DNA from: Scyliorhinus canicula
Lineage: Eukaryota
Reading direction: 5' to 3'
Assembly: GCF_902713615.1 (NCBI RefSeq)
Contig: NW_024055843.1
Coordinates: forward strand, 124,001 to 186,657
DNA length: 62,657 nt
A model generated the notes under the pieces. It was not told the DNA's origin. It saw nothing but the letters and a program-made list of their open reading frames with translations, and made no database searches. Below are positions 12,700 to 24,149 of the stretch, piece by piece. Each line of letters opens with the position of its first letter. The first letter of the stretch is position 1. The position numbers were made by a program, and so were the translations under genes.

Positions 12700-13110
12700 A
12701 CATCGGCCCCGACAAAGATGAGAAACGCGCATGCGCCCTGATGCAGATCCAATAAAGATGGCGGCCGTTAACCCGAGTCGAAGATGAGGAGCTGCAGCTC
12801 CGCTCGGTAAAAACTGGGTCCCGTAAACATTTCAGATGTTTTCGATTGCAACAGCTTTAAACAACGTTTCCGCCCACCCCCGCGATCTCTCGCTCCCTCC
12901 GTATTGTTAAACGCCTCATACCGATTTCCGATCTCAAAAAGACATCCTTCTCCATCGCCATGACCCACACTGCGCATGCTTCATTCACAGCGGGCCCCGC
13001 CCCTCATTCACTCCGATTGGTTGGAGGACCATCCGGTCCCGTTCGGCCCTCCAGTACCGCCCCCCCACTTCCTATTGGTCCGGAGCTGCCGTCAATCACC
13101 CGGGCATTGT
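12700..13110. promoter_or_regulatory. CpG-rich housekeeping-type promoter of the ZNF group
   Basis: NRF1 GCGCATGCGC (12727-12736) and TGCGCATGC (12971-12979), YY1 AAGATGGCGGC (12755-12765), CCAAT/ATTGG (12749, 13016, 13074), GC box (13056-13065), ETS CACTTCCT (13066-13073). Confidence 0.75.
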
Positions 13111-13139
13111 GAGGCAGATTTCAGGCTGACTCGCTGATT

Positions 13140-13960
13140 GTTCAATACATTTTTTTTGGTAAATGTTTTTTATTGGGTTTTTGAAGAAAGTATATTTACC
13201 GTTATGTACACAGGATAAGAAACATATATATATATATATACACACACACACATGTATAGAAGAGAAGGACACACCCCAACAGACCAAAGAAAAGAAAATA
13301 GTGAATAATTTAAGAACATAGAACATAGAATAGTACAGCACAGAACAGGCCCTTCGGCCCTCGATGTTGCGCCGAGCAATGATCACCCTACTTAGCCCCA
13401 CGTAACCCGTATACCCGTAACCCAACAATCCCCCCATTAACCTTACACTACGGGCAATTTAGCATGGCCAATCCACCTAACCCGCACATCTTTGGACTGT
13501 GGGAGGAAACCGGAGCACCCGGAGGAAACCCACGCACACAAAAATACAATAAAAAATAAAATAGAATAACTGGTAGGGTATTGTGCACCAGCTCAACAGC
13601 AGCAACTCTGTACACCTGGCAAAATTATTTACAACACATAAGTAAGCGACTGTTTGGGGGGGGGGGGGGGGGGGGGGGACGTGGAGGGAGCGGGGAGAGA
13701 TTGGGGAGGTAAATATACATTCGGGTGCCGGAGAAACAATTACAGTGGGCAATACTCGAATGGGTATGGTGTTGGTGTTGTCGCTTGCTTCTCCCGGACA
13801 GATCTCGCTGCCATCTTGCGCTCACCTCCGCTTCTGCCGTTGCTCCTGTCTTTCGTCTTTATTCTCCTCGTTCCCTACTCCTGGAGATACCATGTTCGTT
13901 AATGTAACCCGCGCCTTCCTTCCGGCTCTCATTTCCCTGCCTCTCTCCTACCTCCATGGA
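13140..13960 (-). mobile_element. L1-like 3' end fragment with a nested SINE (13315-13535)
   Basis: Reverse AATAAAAAACATTT plus poly-A at about 13150-13175, with G/C runs typical of a shark L1 3' UTR. Confidence 0.45.
13315..13535 (-). mobile_element. HE1-type V-SINE 3' half, same young subfamily
   Basis: Reverse complement of 1310-1519. Confidence 0.85.
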
Positions 13961-14394
13961 TTGTTCAATACATAGAGATACAATTATAGAATTTATAGTG
14001 CAGAAGGAGGCCATTCGGCCCATCGAGTCTGCACCGGCTCTTGGAAAGAGCATCCTACTTAAGACCACACCTCCACCCCATCCCTGTAACATAGCAATCC
14101 CATCTAACATGAGGGCAATTTAGCATGGCCCCACCTGACCTGCACATCTTTGGACTGTGGGAGGAAACCGGAGCACCCAGAGGAAACCCACGCATACACG
14201 GTGGGAACAGGCAGACTCCGCACAGGCAGTCACACTTTTGTTGTGGTTTCTAGCTGATTTTGGTCTTTTATTTTGACTGGACCACATGCTTGGGGAAAGC
14301 AAGAGAGGAAAGAAGGTTTGATAGAAACTAAAATGATCTGTTGTGAATTTCTACCCTGTTCTTCTTGTGATCATTTTTGTAAACTTCTTTTTCA

Positions 14395-14645
14395 GGCATT
14401 AGAACGGGAGGATTGGCAGCTGGGCAACTCGAACCAAATATAATATCAAGATCTGACAGTCACTCAATTCATTAGCATCTAAATATCACAAACTGTCAAT
14501 GTGTTTGTCTGTTCTGACTGTGGGAAGAGATTTCAAACATCAGTGTGATTGGAAACGCCCCGAGACACACACACACCTGAGTGAGAGTGTTCCAGTGAAC
14601 TGACTGTGGAAAGAGCTTTAACCAGTTACACAGCCTGAAAAATCA
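14395..14645 (+). pseudogene. ZNF paralog C remnant (5' part of the finger exon only), truncated by a CR1 fragment
   Basis: TTTTTCAG acceptor followed by sequence homologous to paralog A 7330-7620 (VFVCSDCGKRFQTSV*...GKSFNQLHSLK). Confidence 0.7.
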
Positions 14646-15030
14646 TCTTGTTTCCTCTTGTGGGAGAGTCTAGGGCCAGAGGCATAATCTCAGAGGAAGC
14701 GGTTCAAATTTAGGACAGAGATGAGAAGATATTTCTTCCATCAGAGGGTAGTGAATCTGTGGAATTCTTCAGATGTGCAATCATTCTGCCTCTTGAGTTT
14801 ACCATAAAAAGGCAAAGGTAAAGGTGTCTTAACCCGGATGGGCCGCTTGGTGGCGCAGCGGCTCTTTCACTGAGGGGCCTTGAGTTCAGACACATCCCAG
14901 ACAGGCCTGGTGAGAAATATCTGTCTGGGAAAGGGGAGACAACTGTATAATCGGGGAAAAGGATCAGTGCCGATGGACCTTAGAGAAAGGAGTTCAGATT
15001 AGTCTTATTTTCTTCATTTTTCATTCAATA

Positions 15031-15071
15031 TTTATTAAAATTTCAAAGAAAATATTACACAAAAGTTTATT
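15031..15071 (-). terminator. Candidate membrane-form poly(A) signals
   Basis: Plus-strand TTTATT at 15031-15036 and 15066-15071, about 410-450 nt past the TM2 stop. Confidence 0.5.
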
Positions 15072-15476
15072 TTGATGTTTACAAAAGGGAATTTAACGAT
15101 TGAGGGTCACACTGAGAACAGAACACATGCCCTCTGAGCTGCCAAATGTATGTACAACTGTAACAGACACAAGAGAGAACAGGAGCTCAACATAAAGGGA
15201 AGGTAACTGTTGTAAATAAGGTACGAGGTAAGTTACTTATTTAGACATGACATTGAAAGAAATTACTAGCTACAATTACATTACAGCCAAAATTATCTCG
15301 TACATTTCAAACTGAAAAGCAGAAATACTGTCCATGATTGTCTCAGTTACAGATGCAGAATAATAAACTGAGAAAATTTTACTGTTAGAGTCACCAAGAG
15401 GAGATATTGTATTTCTGTCACACACAGATCATAATAAACAGCTGAGGGAAATCTACAGCGTCCGAACGTCAGCCGA

Positions 15477-15485
15477 TCACTTGAT
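15477..15485 (-). CDS. IGHM: IgM TM2 exon coding part (IK*), giving cytoplasmic tail KIK
   Basis: Strong acceptor TTTTCTCTCTCTTTTACAG followed by ATC AAG TGA; 138-bp intron from TM1. Confidence 0.88.
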   Translation of the reverse strand: MK

Positions 15486-15623
15486 CTGTAAAAGAGAGAG
15501 AAAATGATGAAGCAGATGTTTATGATCTGGGACATTAATGTTAGAGTTTTTAATCAATCAAACATTTAGTGTTCTTAAACGACTTCTGTCAGTTTGATGT
15601 GTGAGTGGATTGAATCTTCTCAC

Positions 15624-15742
15624 CTTCACCAGAGTGACTGCAGCGCTGTAGGAAATGCTCAGGAAGAACAGGGTGATGAATGTGGAAGCGGTTGTCCAGA
15701 TGTTCCCATTATCATCCTCATCGTCTTCAGTCCAGGTGTGGT
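15624..15742 (-). CDS. IGHM: IgM TM1 exon (DHTWTEDDEDDNGNIWTTASTFITLFFLSISYSAAVTLVK)
   Basis: 119-bp exon, acidic spacer plus conserved antigen-receptor TM motif; ACCACAG acceptor and AAG|GTGAGA donor. In frame with the Cmu4 internal donor. Confidence 0.93.
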
Positions 15743-16289
15743 CTGTGGTATCGACGGGAATAGAGCCGAATAAATATAATCAGATTGTTTGTTAATAGGG
15801 TCTGGTTTAGCTCAGTCAGCTAAATCACTGGCTTTTAAAGCAGACCAAGCAGGCCAGCAGCACGGTTCGATTCCTGTACCAGCCTCCCCGGACAGGTGCC
15901 GGAATGTGGCGACTAGGGGCTTTTCACAGTAACTTCATTGAAGCCTACTCATGACAATAAGCATTTTAAATTTAATTTAATACACGTTTTGTTTTTAATA
16001 TTCCCGTATCATTTTCTCCCGCTGCTAATTCATTCTTTAATATATTTTCATTGCATATTTACTGTTGAGTTCATGACACTCGGAAATCGATCTCTGTAAC
16101 TTTTTTCTTCCAATTATGGGGCAAGTTAGCATGGCCAATCCACCTAGCCTGCGCATCATTGGGTTGTCGGGGTGAGACCCACGGGTCACGGGGAACTCCA
16201 CAGGGACAAAGACCCAGGAGCGGGATCAACCCCTGGTCCATGGTGGCGTGAGGCAGCAGTGCTAACCATCGCGTCACCGTGCTGCCCTT

Positions 16290-17620
16290 GTCTGATGTTT
16301 GTGTTTGTTCTTTAGCTTTTGTGTCTGTGTAGGTGCAAAATTTGTGTTTCTTTACTCTTCATTTGTGTGTCACGATGTCTTTATAAGTGTCATTGTGTGT
16401 GTTCATGTGTCAATGAGTATTGATCTGTGTACCTGTGTGTCAGCACCTTTGGGTAAATTTATCTTAAGTCAATGTTTATATATGAGCGTTTTATTGTGTG
16501 TGTTTGTGTGTTGAAATCTATGTTTATATATTAATGCCTGTGTTAATATAAGTTTATACTTCCCTGCCCAGTAATAAAAGTGTTAATGTGTTTTTATACG
16601 TTCAACATGCATGTCAGTGTCTTAATGTTTGTGTCTGGGTAAGTGCGTTTGTGTGTGTGTGTGTTTGTTGATGTGTGTATTTCATCATAGAATCATCATC
16701 GGATAATCCCGACTGTGCCGAACGAGACTGCACCGAGCCTCCGAAAGAGCACTCTACCTGGACGCATGCCCCTGCCCTGTCCCCAGAACCCCGTAACCCC
16801 GCCTAACGTTGTGGGCATTAAGGGGTAATATAGCCTGGCCAATCCACTGAACCTGCACATATTTGGACTGTGGGAGGTAACCGGAGCACTCGGAGGAAAC
16901 AGGAACAGACACTGGAGAACGTGGGAACTCCACACAATCACCCAAGGCTGGAATTGAACCCGGGTTTATGGTGCTGTGAGGCAGCAGTACTATTTATTCG
17001 TTGATGGTTGTTTATAACTATCTATTGATGTGTATTGATGATTCTATGTGTATTCATATGTGTTCGTGTTAGCGTGTGTACGAGTCTGCTAATATGTGTC
17101 TACGTGTGTCCATAAGTGTGCTACTGTGGATTATTGTCTCTAAATGGAAATATCTCTGTCATCGTGAAATTCTGCTAATGTACATGTTATTGGTTACATT
17201 TGTGTTTAATATTCTTCTGTCAGTCTGTTTGTCTGGTTTTATATGTTTGTGTATCTGTGTGGACATGTGGCTGTATGTGTCTGTTTGTGTATATTTGTGT
17301 AGCCACTTGTGTGTGTGGATTTGTGTGTCTATGTGTGGATGTGCACGTGTGCCTGTTTGTGTTTATGTCCATGTTTGTGAATTTTTACGCACGTTTGCGT
17401 GTGTTTTTATGTCAAAATATGTGTGGTTCATTGTGCCTGGGTGTATGTTTATGCATGTGTTTCTATGTGTGTGTCCATGTGTGTGTTTGTGTCTACATGT
17501 GAGTGTGTGTGTGTTTGTGGGTCTGTGTGCATGTATGTGTAGTGTCTGTTTATCTGTCTGTGTATTTGCATCAGCTGCCTGTAGCTTTGACAGTTGTGGG
17601 TATTATTGGTACCGATGTAG
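16290..17620. repeat. Degenerate (TG)n low-complexity tract interrupted by a SINE
   Basis: TG/TTG/TATG-rich on plus (CA-rich on the IgM sense strand); produces spurious Cys/Val ORFs. Confidence 0.8.
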
Positions 17621-18134
17621 AATATGTTGAACTTTCTGCTTATAAATGTGTTTTGTGTGAGTTGCAAGCTGACATCAGGTGTCCTAATGCAAAAATACAA
17701 GGAGGTGCCTTAGGAGAGAACAGTGAAAACCCAGCGAGAATTCAATCACCAGTCTGGATTTGGATTCTGGTGAATCGGTTTCAGCATACGGATAAGAGGA
17801 AAAAGAGTGCTAAAAAATTCTGTTGCATAAATAGATACTTTAAGAACATCTTTATCGTGATGGTCTTTTAAAGCCTTCAGCCAGTAAGCTACATACAGAC
17901 TTGTAATGTCAGTAACTGAGTTCTTAGTCTGTGGAACCGTTTACTTCCAAACTCCCTGCTTGGGGACTGGGAAGATATTGAGTTAATAATCTCCCTCTCT
18001 CTGGTCAGTTCAGCAAATTCCCTTTGGGTTCTCCCTGCTGGAGGTGGAGATACAGAGAGTTCACTCGTCACCTTCCTCCTATTGTGGCCGGGAACGTGGA
18101 GGTAAAATGGGTTAGTATTGCCCCTTAGCTCTCT

Positions 18135-19532
18135 TTGTTGTGGAATTGGGTTACAGTGGATTAACTAAAGCCCCTCCCCATCTCTCTGTTGGGGAAGTGC
18201 GAGTACAGTGGATAAACTAATGCCCCTCCCCTATTGGGGAAGTGGGGGTACAGTGGATTAACTAATGCCCCTCCCCCTCTCTTTGTTGGGGAAGTGCGGG
18301 TACAGTGGATTAACTAATGCCCCTAACCCTCTCTCTGTTGGGGAGGTGGGGGGATCAGTGGATTAACTAATGCCCCTCCCCCTCTCTCTATTGGGGAAGT
18401 GGGGGTACAGTGGATTAACTAAAGACCCTCCCCCTCTCTATTGGGGAAGTGGGGGTACAGTGGATTAACTAATGCCCCTCCCCTCTCTCTGTTGGGGAGG
18501 TGGGGGGGTACAGTGGATTAACTAATGCCACTCCACCTCTCTCTGTTGGGAAGTGGGGGTACAGTGGATTAAATAAAGCTCCTCCCCCTCTCTCTGTTGA
18601 GGAAGTGGGGGTATAATGGATTTACTAAAGACCTTCCCCCTCTCTCTGTTGAGGAGCTGGGGGTACAGTGGGTTAACTAATGCCCCTCCCCCACTCTCTG
18701 TTGGGAAGTGGGGGTACAGTGGATTAACTAACCCACCCCTCTCTCTATTGGGGAAGTGGGGGTACAGTGGATTAACTAATGCCACTCCCCCTCTCTCTGT
18801 TGGGAAGTGGGGGTACAGTGGATTAACTAAAGCCCCTCCCCCTCTCTGTTGGGGAAGTGGGGGTACAGTGGATTAACTAAAGCCCCTCCCCCTCTCTGTT
18901 GAGGAAGTGGGGGTACCGTGGATTAACTAATGCCCCTTTCCCTCTTTGTTGGGGAAGTGGGGGTACAGTGGATTAACTAATGCCCCTCCCCCTCTCTCTG
19001 TTGGGAAGTGGGGGTACAGTGGATTAACTAACCCACCCCTCTCTCTATTGGGGAAGTGGGGGTACAGTGGATTAACTAATGCCCCTCCCCCTCTCTCTGT
19101 TGGGGAAGTGGGGGTGCAGTGGATTAACTAATGCCCCTCCGCCTCTCTCTATTGGGGAGGTGGGGGTACAGTGGATTAACTAAAGCCCCTCCCCCTCTCT
19201 CTGTTGAGTAAGTGCGGGTACAGTGGATTAACTAATGCCCCTCCCCCTATTGGGGATGTGCGGATACAGTAGATTAACTAATCCCCCCCCCCTCTCTATT
19301 GGGGAAGTGGGGGTACAGTGGATTAACTAATGCCCCTCCCCCTCTCTGTTGAGGAAGTGCGGGTACAGTGGATTAACTAATGCCCCTCCCCCTCTCTCTG
19401 CTGGGGCAGCAGGGGGTACAGTGGATTAACTAAAGCCCCTCCCCCTCTCTCTGTTGGGGAAGTGGGGGTACAGTGGATTAACTAAAGCCCCTCCCCCTCT
19501 CTCTGTTGGGGAAGTGTGGGTACAGTGGATTA
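18135..19532. repeat. ~51-bp minisatellite (GTTGGGGAAGTGGGGGTACAGTGGATTAACTAATGCCCCTCCCCCTCTCTCT), about 27 units, in the Cmu4-TM1 intron
   Basis: TACAGTGGATTAACTAA recurs every 50-53 bp. Confidence 0.95.
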
Positions 19533-19955
19533 ACAATTTCACTTTCCCCTCACGGGTGATTGTTGGTCGATGTTTCTGTGTGACCCTCAATTCAGTTCCC
19601 AGTGGGTGTGATGCAGCAACTTAAATCTGACATTAATTTTAAAGGGATGGACAATGAGAGAAGCAGGAACACCGAGATCTAAATGTGATGTGTTTGTTTG
19701 TCTGAAATGGTAAATTGTCCAATTTCTCCTCAGTGGGAGGAAAGTCAATGAAGATATTTTGCTGAATCCTGGAATGAATGAGTTTTACTCTGTCTCTAAC
19801 CCAGGGGTATCTGAGCTGGGAGCACTGGTTGTATCAGACTTGGGGCTGAGACCTGTAGAAATCCGGGTCTCATTGAACAGATCTAATATCAGCAAAGTGG
19901 AAGCTCCATTAATTAAGCGGCTGTGTATTTAAATCACAATTGGAGGAAAAAAACC

Positions 19956-19970
19956 TTTATTATTTTTATT
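19956..19970 (-). terminator. Secretory-form poly(A) signals (two AATAAA)
   Basis: Plus-strand TTTATT at 19956-19961 and 19965-19970, about 30-40 nt past the secretory stop. Confidence 0.75.
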
Positions 19971-19997
19971 TTAGTTCGAAATATAACCAATAGATTC

Positions 19998-20389
19998 TCA
20001 TTGACATGAATTAACGGTGTCCATCAGAGCGAGGGAAATGTTCACAAAACTGGGTTTACCGCTGGATTTATCAACCGTTCTGTTGATGATCTTCAAGGGG
20101 ATGGCTTCATGTCCCACCACACAGGAGTAAGAAGCGCCGCTGGCCCACTCCTCCGCTGCAATGGATAACAGGCTGTACATGAAGAAGGAGCTATTGCCGT
20201 TCTCCGCCATCACCTCGGTGTTCTTGTAGTTGCCGGGATTCACCGGCTTGTTATTGACGGTCCACTTGACGAAGATCTCTCGGGGGGAGAAACCTCTCAC
20301 TAAGCAGCTGAGGGAGACGAATCTCTGAGCGGAGACATCTTCAGCCGAGGGCAGGAGGACAGAGACGGACGGTTCCCGCGGATTGGGAT
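19998..20389 (-). CDS. IGHM: IgM Cmu4 plus secretory tailpiece ([15 protein letters not shown]...[23 protein letters not shown]); internal TM donor after 20060
   Basis: TTTTCTGCAG acceptor; tailpiece with an NIS sequon and penultimate Cys typical of IgM; AGC G|GTAAA donor for the membrane form. Confidence 0.96.
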
Positions 20390-20639
20390 CTGCAGAAAAT
20401 GTACAATAAATGTCAATAAAATGGGGAATTCCGGAGACAATGGAACCGCGGGTTAGATGTGAGAGAAAGGTTTTTAAAGGTTTCCATTTTCCACTTTGGG
20501 ATCTGTCCGGGTTCCCAGCTCGGAGCAGAGGTGGACACAATCCTTTCCCTGAGAATTTACGGATATTGGATTCGAAAGTTTCAGAAAATGTACAGCAGGG
20601 AAACAGGCCATTCGGCCCAACTGTTCTGTGCTGGTGTAT

Positions 20640-21860
20640 AAACTCCACATCAAACTCCCCCTACCTCAAGAGGATTGGAAAACTGCCAATGTAACACCCT
20701 TATTCAAAAGGGAGGGAGACAAAAACAGGTAACTATAGGCCAGGGACCTCAGTAGCTGAGCATTTAGACATACAGAGTATAATCAAGCAGGGTCTGCACA
20801 GCTTCGTGAAGGGTAAATCATGCCTGACAAATTTATTGCAATTGTTTGAGGTGATAAGGAGAAGGCGAGAGAGAGGGGGACCAGTAGATGTAATATACAT
20901 GAATTTCAAAACTGTGTTTAATAAATGAATGCACTATTCACACAGCTGCAGATGACAAAAATAGAAAGGCAAGTGGTGAGGTTACAGAAAATCCACAGAG
21001 GGACAGAGACAGCTTCAGTCACTGAGTTAAAACTTGGCAGATGGGACATAATGTTGGAAAATGTGAGGTTAGACACTTTGGGAGGAGGAAGAACATAACG
21101 GAATATTATTTAGCTGGAGAAAGACTGCAGAAAGCTGAAGTAACGGGGGAATTCGGGGTCCTCAATCAGAAACCACACAAATCAAGTTCTGCAGGTAATA
21201 TGGAGACAATTTGAATGTTGACATTTATTTCAAAGGGAATAGAATATAAACATGGGGAAGTCTGGCTAAAACTATACAAGGCATTAGTTAGTCTACACCT
21301 GATACACTTTGAATAGTTTTGTTGCCCTTATCTGAGGAAGACAGATTGGTTTTGAGGGCAGTCCAGAGAAGGATCACGAGGTTGATCCCGAGTATGGAGG
21401 GATTTTCTTATGGGGAGAGGTTAAGTATTTTGGGTTGTACATATTGGAGTTTAGAAGAATGAAGGCGGCCTAATCGAGACATGAAATATTCTCCGGGAGC
21501 TTCTTAGGATAGACGCTGACAGATTGTTTTCCCTTGTAGGAGCGTCTAGGAGCAGCGTACATGGTCGCAAAGTGAGGGTTCGCCCATTTCAGACCGAGAT
21601 GAGAAGGAATTTCCTCTCTCAGAGGGTAGTGAAGCTGTGGAATTATTTAACCCAGGGGGCTGTATATTCTGGGTCGATCGGTATGTTCAAGGTTGAGAGA
21701 GAAACATTTTCAATTAGTAAAAGCGTCAAGAGATATGAGGATAAGGTGGGAAAGAGGAGTTGAAGATTATCACAGCAGATCAGTCATGACCTCACTGAAG
21801 GCTGGGCCGCTGTTGATGGGCCCAATGGCCTTCATCTGCTCCTAAATCTTGTGGTCTATG
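20640..21860 (+). mobile_element. Degenerate CR1 LINE in the Cmu3-Cmu4 intron (antisense to IgM)
   Basis: Homologous to 4720-6380 (GKSCLTNL, MRRNFLSQRVVKLWN, 3' tail). Confidence 0.8.
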
Positions 21861-22077
21861 GTCTCGCTCCGTCTAAACCCAAATCACTGTTTTCAATTCA
21901 TTGTTCATTCTGCTACATATCAATTTCCCCCTTAAACTCTGAGGGCCCAGAGTATTTAGTTAGTGGAATTACCAATCAGAATGGACCATAAATACGCTGA
22001 ATGCTAAATACTGACCGCTGCACTGACACCAGAAATAGACACAATGGCCCACTTATTGCTTCAGTCTCACCGCTCAC

Positions 22078-22386
22078 CTATTTTTTTGTGTATTGAAATT
22101 CTTAAAGGAGTTGGCAGGTCCTGATGGCTCGCCACACAGTCAAACACAGCCCCACTCAGCCAGGCTTGTGTCGAGATATTTAATTTGCTGACCACGCTCT
22201 CAGTATCTGCCCCAGGCTGGTCGGCAATCTCTGATTTCAGCGGCTTCTTCGCTTCACTCCAGGACACGTTGACTCCATAAGGAGCATTCGAAATGACGCA
22301 GGTTAAGGTTACAGTCGCCTCCAGTAAGACCTGTTCTATTGGTGGTGGCAGTATTGTTACTGAGGCAACAGTGCAAACGGAAGGAT
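22078..22386 (-). CDS. IGHM: IgM constant exon Cmu3 ([43 protein letters not shown]...[22 protein letters not shown])
   Basis: 309-bp exon with TTCATTCACAG acceptor and GTGAGC donor; open frame checked by hand. Confidence 0.95.
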
Positions 22387-23008
22387 CTGTGAATGAAAAA
22401 AGTGGAAATCAACCCAAGTTTCATATTCAGAATCAGGACAGCAGGATTCAGCCTTCACTCACTCAATGGGAATAAATCAACTTCGAGACTTCTAATGATC
22501 GCCATTAATCTTCTATACACGTTTGGCCAGTGTAAACTCTTCTCATTATGAAATACAGTCAGCCCCGATGCCATTCTAACGAATCAGTATTGCAGCATTC
22601 CCAATACAAATACTCAAGTGCTGATCTCAGGAACGAAGTACTGAGGGCTTATTTATAAATAGATTGGATTGAACTTTCCAACACTTTCGTCCCGGAGCTG
22701 TTATCAGTAAAGTGTTTCAGACACCCACTGACTCTCAAATATAAGCAGCGGTCTCAGGATAAAGCTGATATCAAGGCCACCTCACTCACTAAATGACTTC
22801 AAATTAGAGCGAAACATGTATTTCTATACTGATCAAATCCTGAATGGTGAGCAATCCTAATGCAGCTTTTCCATCAGAATGAAACACAAACTACATGGCA
22901 GTAAATTAGAAGTTATTCTGTGCTTTGTACTAACTTCAGTAAATTCCTGATTTGGATTAACATCAGAATGCAGGATGATTTATTCTTTCCTCTGTTTGTG
23001 TCTCTTAC

Positions 23009-23317
23009 CAGACGCGGTGATGTTGTAACTTTGGGTGACCTCTTGATGAGTGACCTGGCAGGTATAGACCGCTCTGCTGAACCATTCCCCAGCGGAGAGT
23101 GTCAGCCGACTGCTCGCTGAGAAGTTCCCGTTCACTTCACAGGCGGGAGAGATGACAATTCCTGACCCCATGGGTTGTCCATTCTTCAGCCACTTCACCG
23201 TGATTGAATTTGGCTGGAAATCGTTAATTGAACAGACGATGGTTGCAAATTTCTGTCTTGTGATTTCTTCACTGGAACTCACGGTGAGGAGAACATTTGG
23301 AGCATAAATTCTGGGAC
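23009..23317 (-). CDS. IGHM: IgM constant exon Cmu2 ([15 protein letters not shown]...[19 protein letters not shown]...YTCQVTHQ...NITAS)
   Basis: 309-bp exon with TTCTTGAAG acceptor and GTAAGA donor; C1-set motifs. Confidence 0.95.
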
Positions 23318-23523
23318 CTTCAAGAAACACAATTAGATATTTCTTGCAGAAGAAATTGATGAAAAAAATGAGTTCATATGCTTTAAAACATGTTTGTGGT
23401 CAATAGACACAAAGCTTGATTTTCCAGGATCAGAAATATGCAGAGTATTAAAATTAGTTATATCCAAGACCCTATACAAGATAATCATAGGTTTCTGATT
23501 CTCACAGATTCCACAACACTTAC

Positions 23524-23823
23524 ATGTCATTCCAATGCTCTTGGCTGAGCCGCTGTGTCGAACCTCACAGCTGATTTTGCTGCATTCCCCCTCTGACTCG
23601 GTGATGGTTAACTGGCTGCTCAGGGTGTAGGTTCCCTTCTTGTTTCTCACTGACGGGTATTTCTTAACTCCAGTGTCGATCAGCTGCCCATCTTTCTTCC
23701 AGGTAAGGCTGGTGATTTCTGGGGAGTAGTCCATCGCCAAACAGCCGTAGGTCACGGAGCCGTCGGTGTTGTGTTGCTGGCAGGAGGAGACCAGGCTGTA
23801 GAGAGTGGGCGGAGACGGTGTCG
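23524..23823 (-). CDS. IGHM: IgM constant exon Cmu1 ([15 protein letters not shown]...[19 protein letters not shown]...[15 protein letters not shown])
   Basis: 300-bp phase1/phase1 exon with CTCTCCCAG acceptor and GTAAGT donor; C1-set Cys/Trp/Cys spacing. Confidence 0.95.
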
Positions 23824-24073
23824 CTGGGAGAGAATGGCCCATTCAACAAATTAGACTCTGGGATTATATTTATTCAGTAACCAAACATTTCAAAATTTGA
23901 CGAGAACTATGTGTTTATTCCAACATTTTCCTAACAAATGCTACATCCACATTTCAACTTCTATTAGTTCTATCATTTGAGAACCAACACCTGTTTGCCC
24001 CTCATTAGAAACTCACATCTTTCTCCGTCTCTATCACATAAAAACAACATTTTGATGTAATCTGAATGATGTA

Positions 24074-24081
24074 ATTTGCAT
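24074..24081. promoter_or_regulatory. Perfect octamer ATTTGCAT/ATGCAAAT in the JH-Cmu1 intron
   Basis: Exact 8-mer 250 bp 5' of the Cmu1 acceptor; could be chance (about 2 expected per window). Confidence 0.3.
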
Positions 24082-24149
24082 TGGATTGAAAGCGATGCGA
24101 AGAGCGGATGATTTTCCCCATTATGTCAGCCATCATGTAAAACAAAATG

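Noticed and set aside
15798-15880. tRNA-like cloverleaf starts at SINE heads
   Set aside because: They continue into SINE bodies and lack complete acceptor and anticodon stems, so they are not tRNA genes.
17564-17571. Second perfect octamer ATTTGCAT in the Cmu4-TM1 intron
   Set aside because: It lies in TG-rich low-complexity DNA, and about two chance hits are expected in 62 kb.
17076-17871. Cys/Val-rich hydrophobic ORFs resembling membrane proteins
   Set aside because: They are translations of degenerate (TG)n sequence.
23310-23590. Extra cysteines in Cmu1 and at the Cmu1/Cmu2 splice junction
   Set aside because: Similar Cys placement is, to my recollection, usual in shark mu chains, so there is no basis to call it novel without an alignment.
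19998-23823. Alternative identity as IgW or IgNAR
   Set aside because: Four C exons, an IgM-type tailpiece, a conventional VH with WIRQ/GLEW and two D segments all fit IgM.
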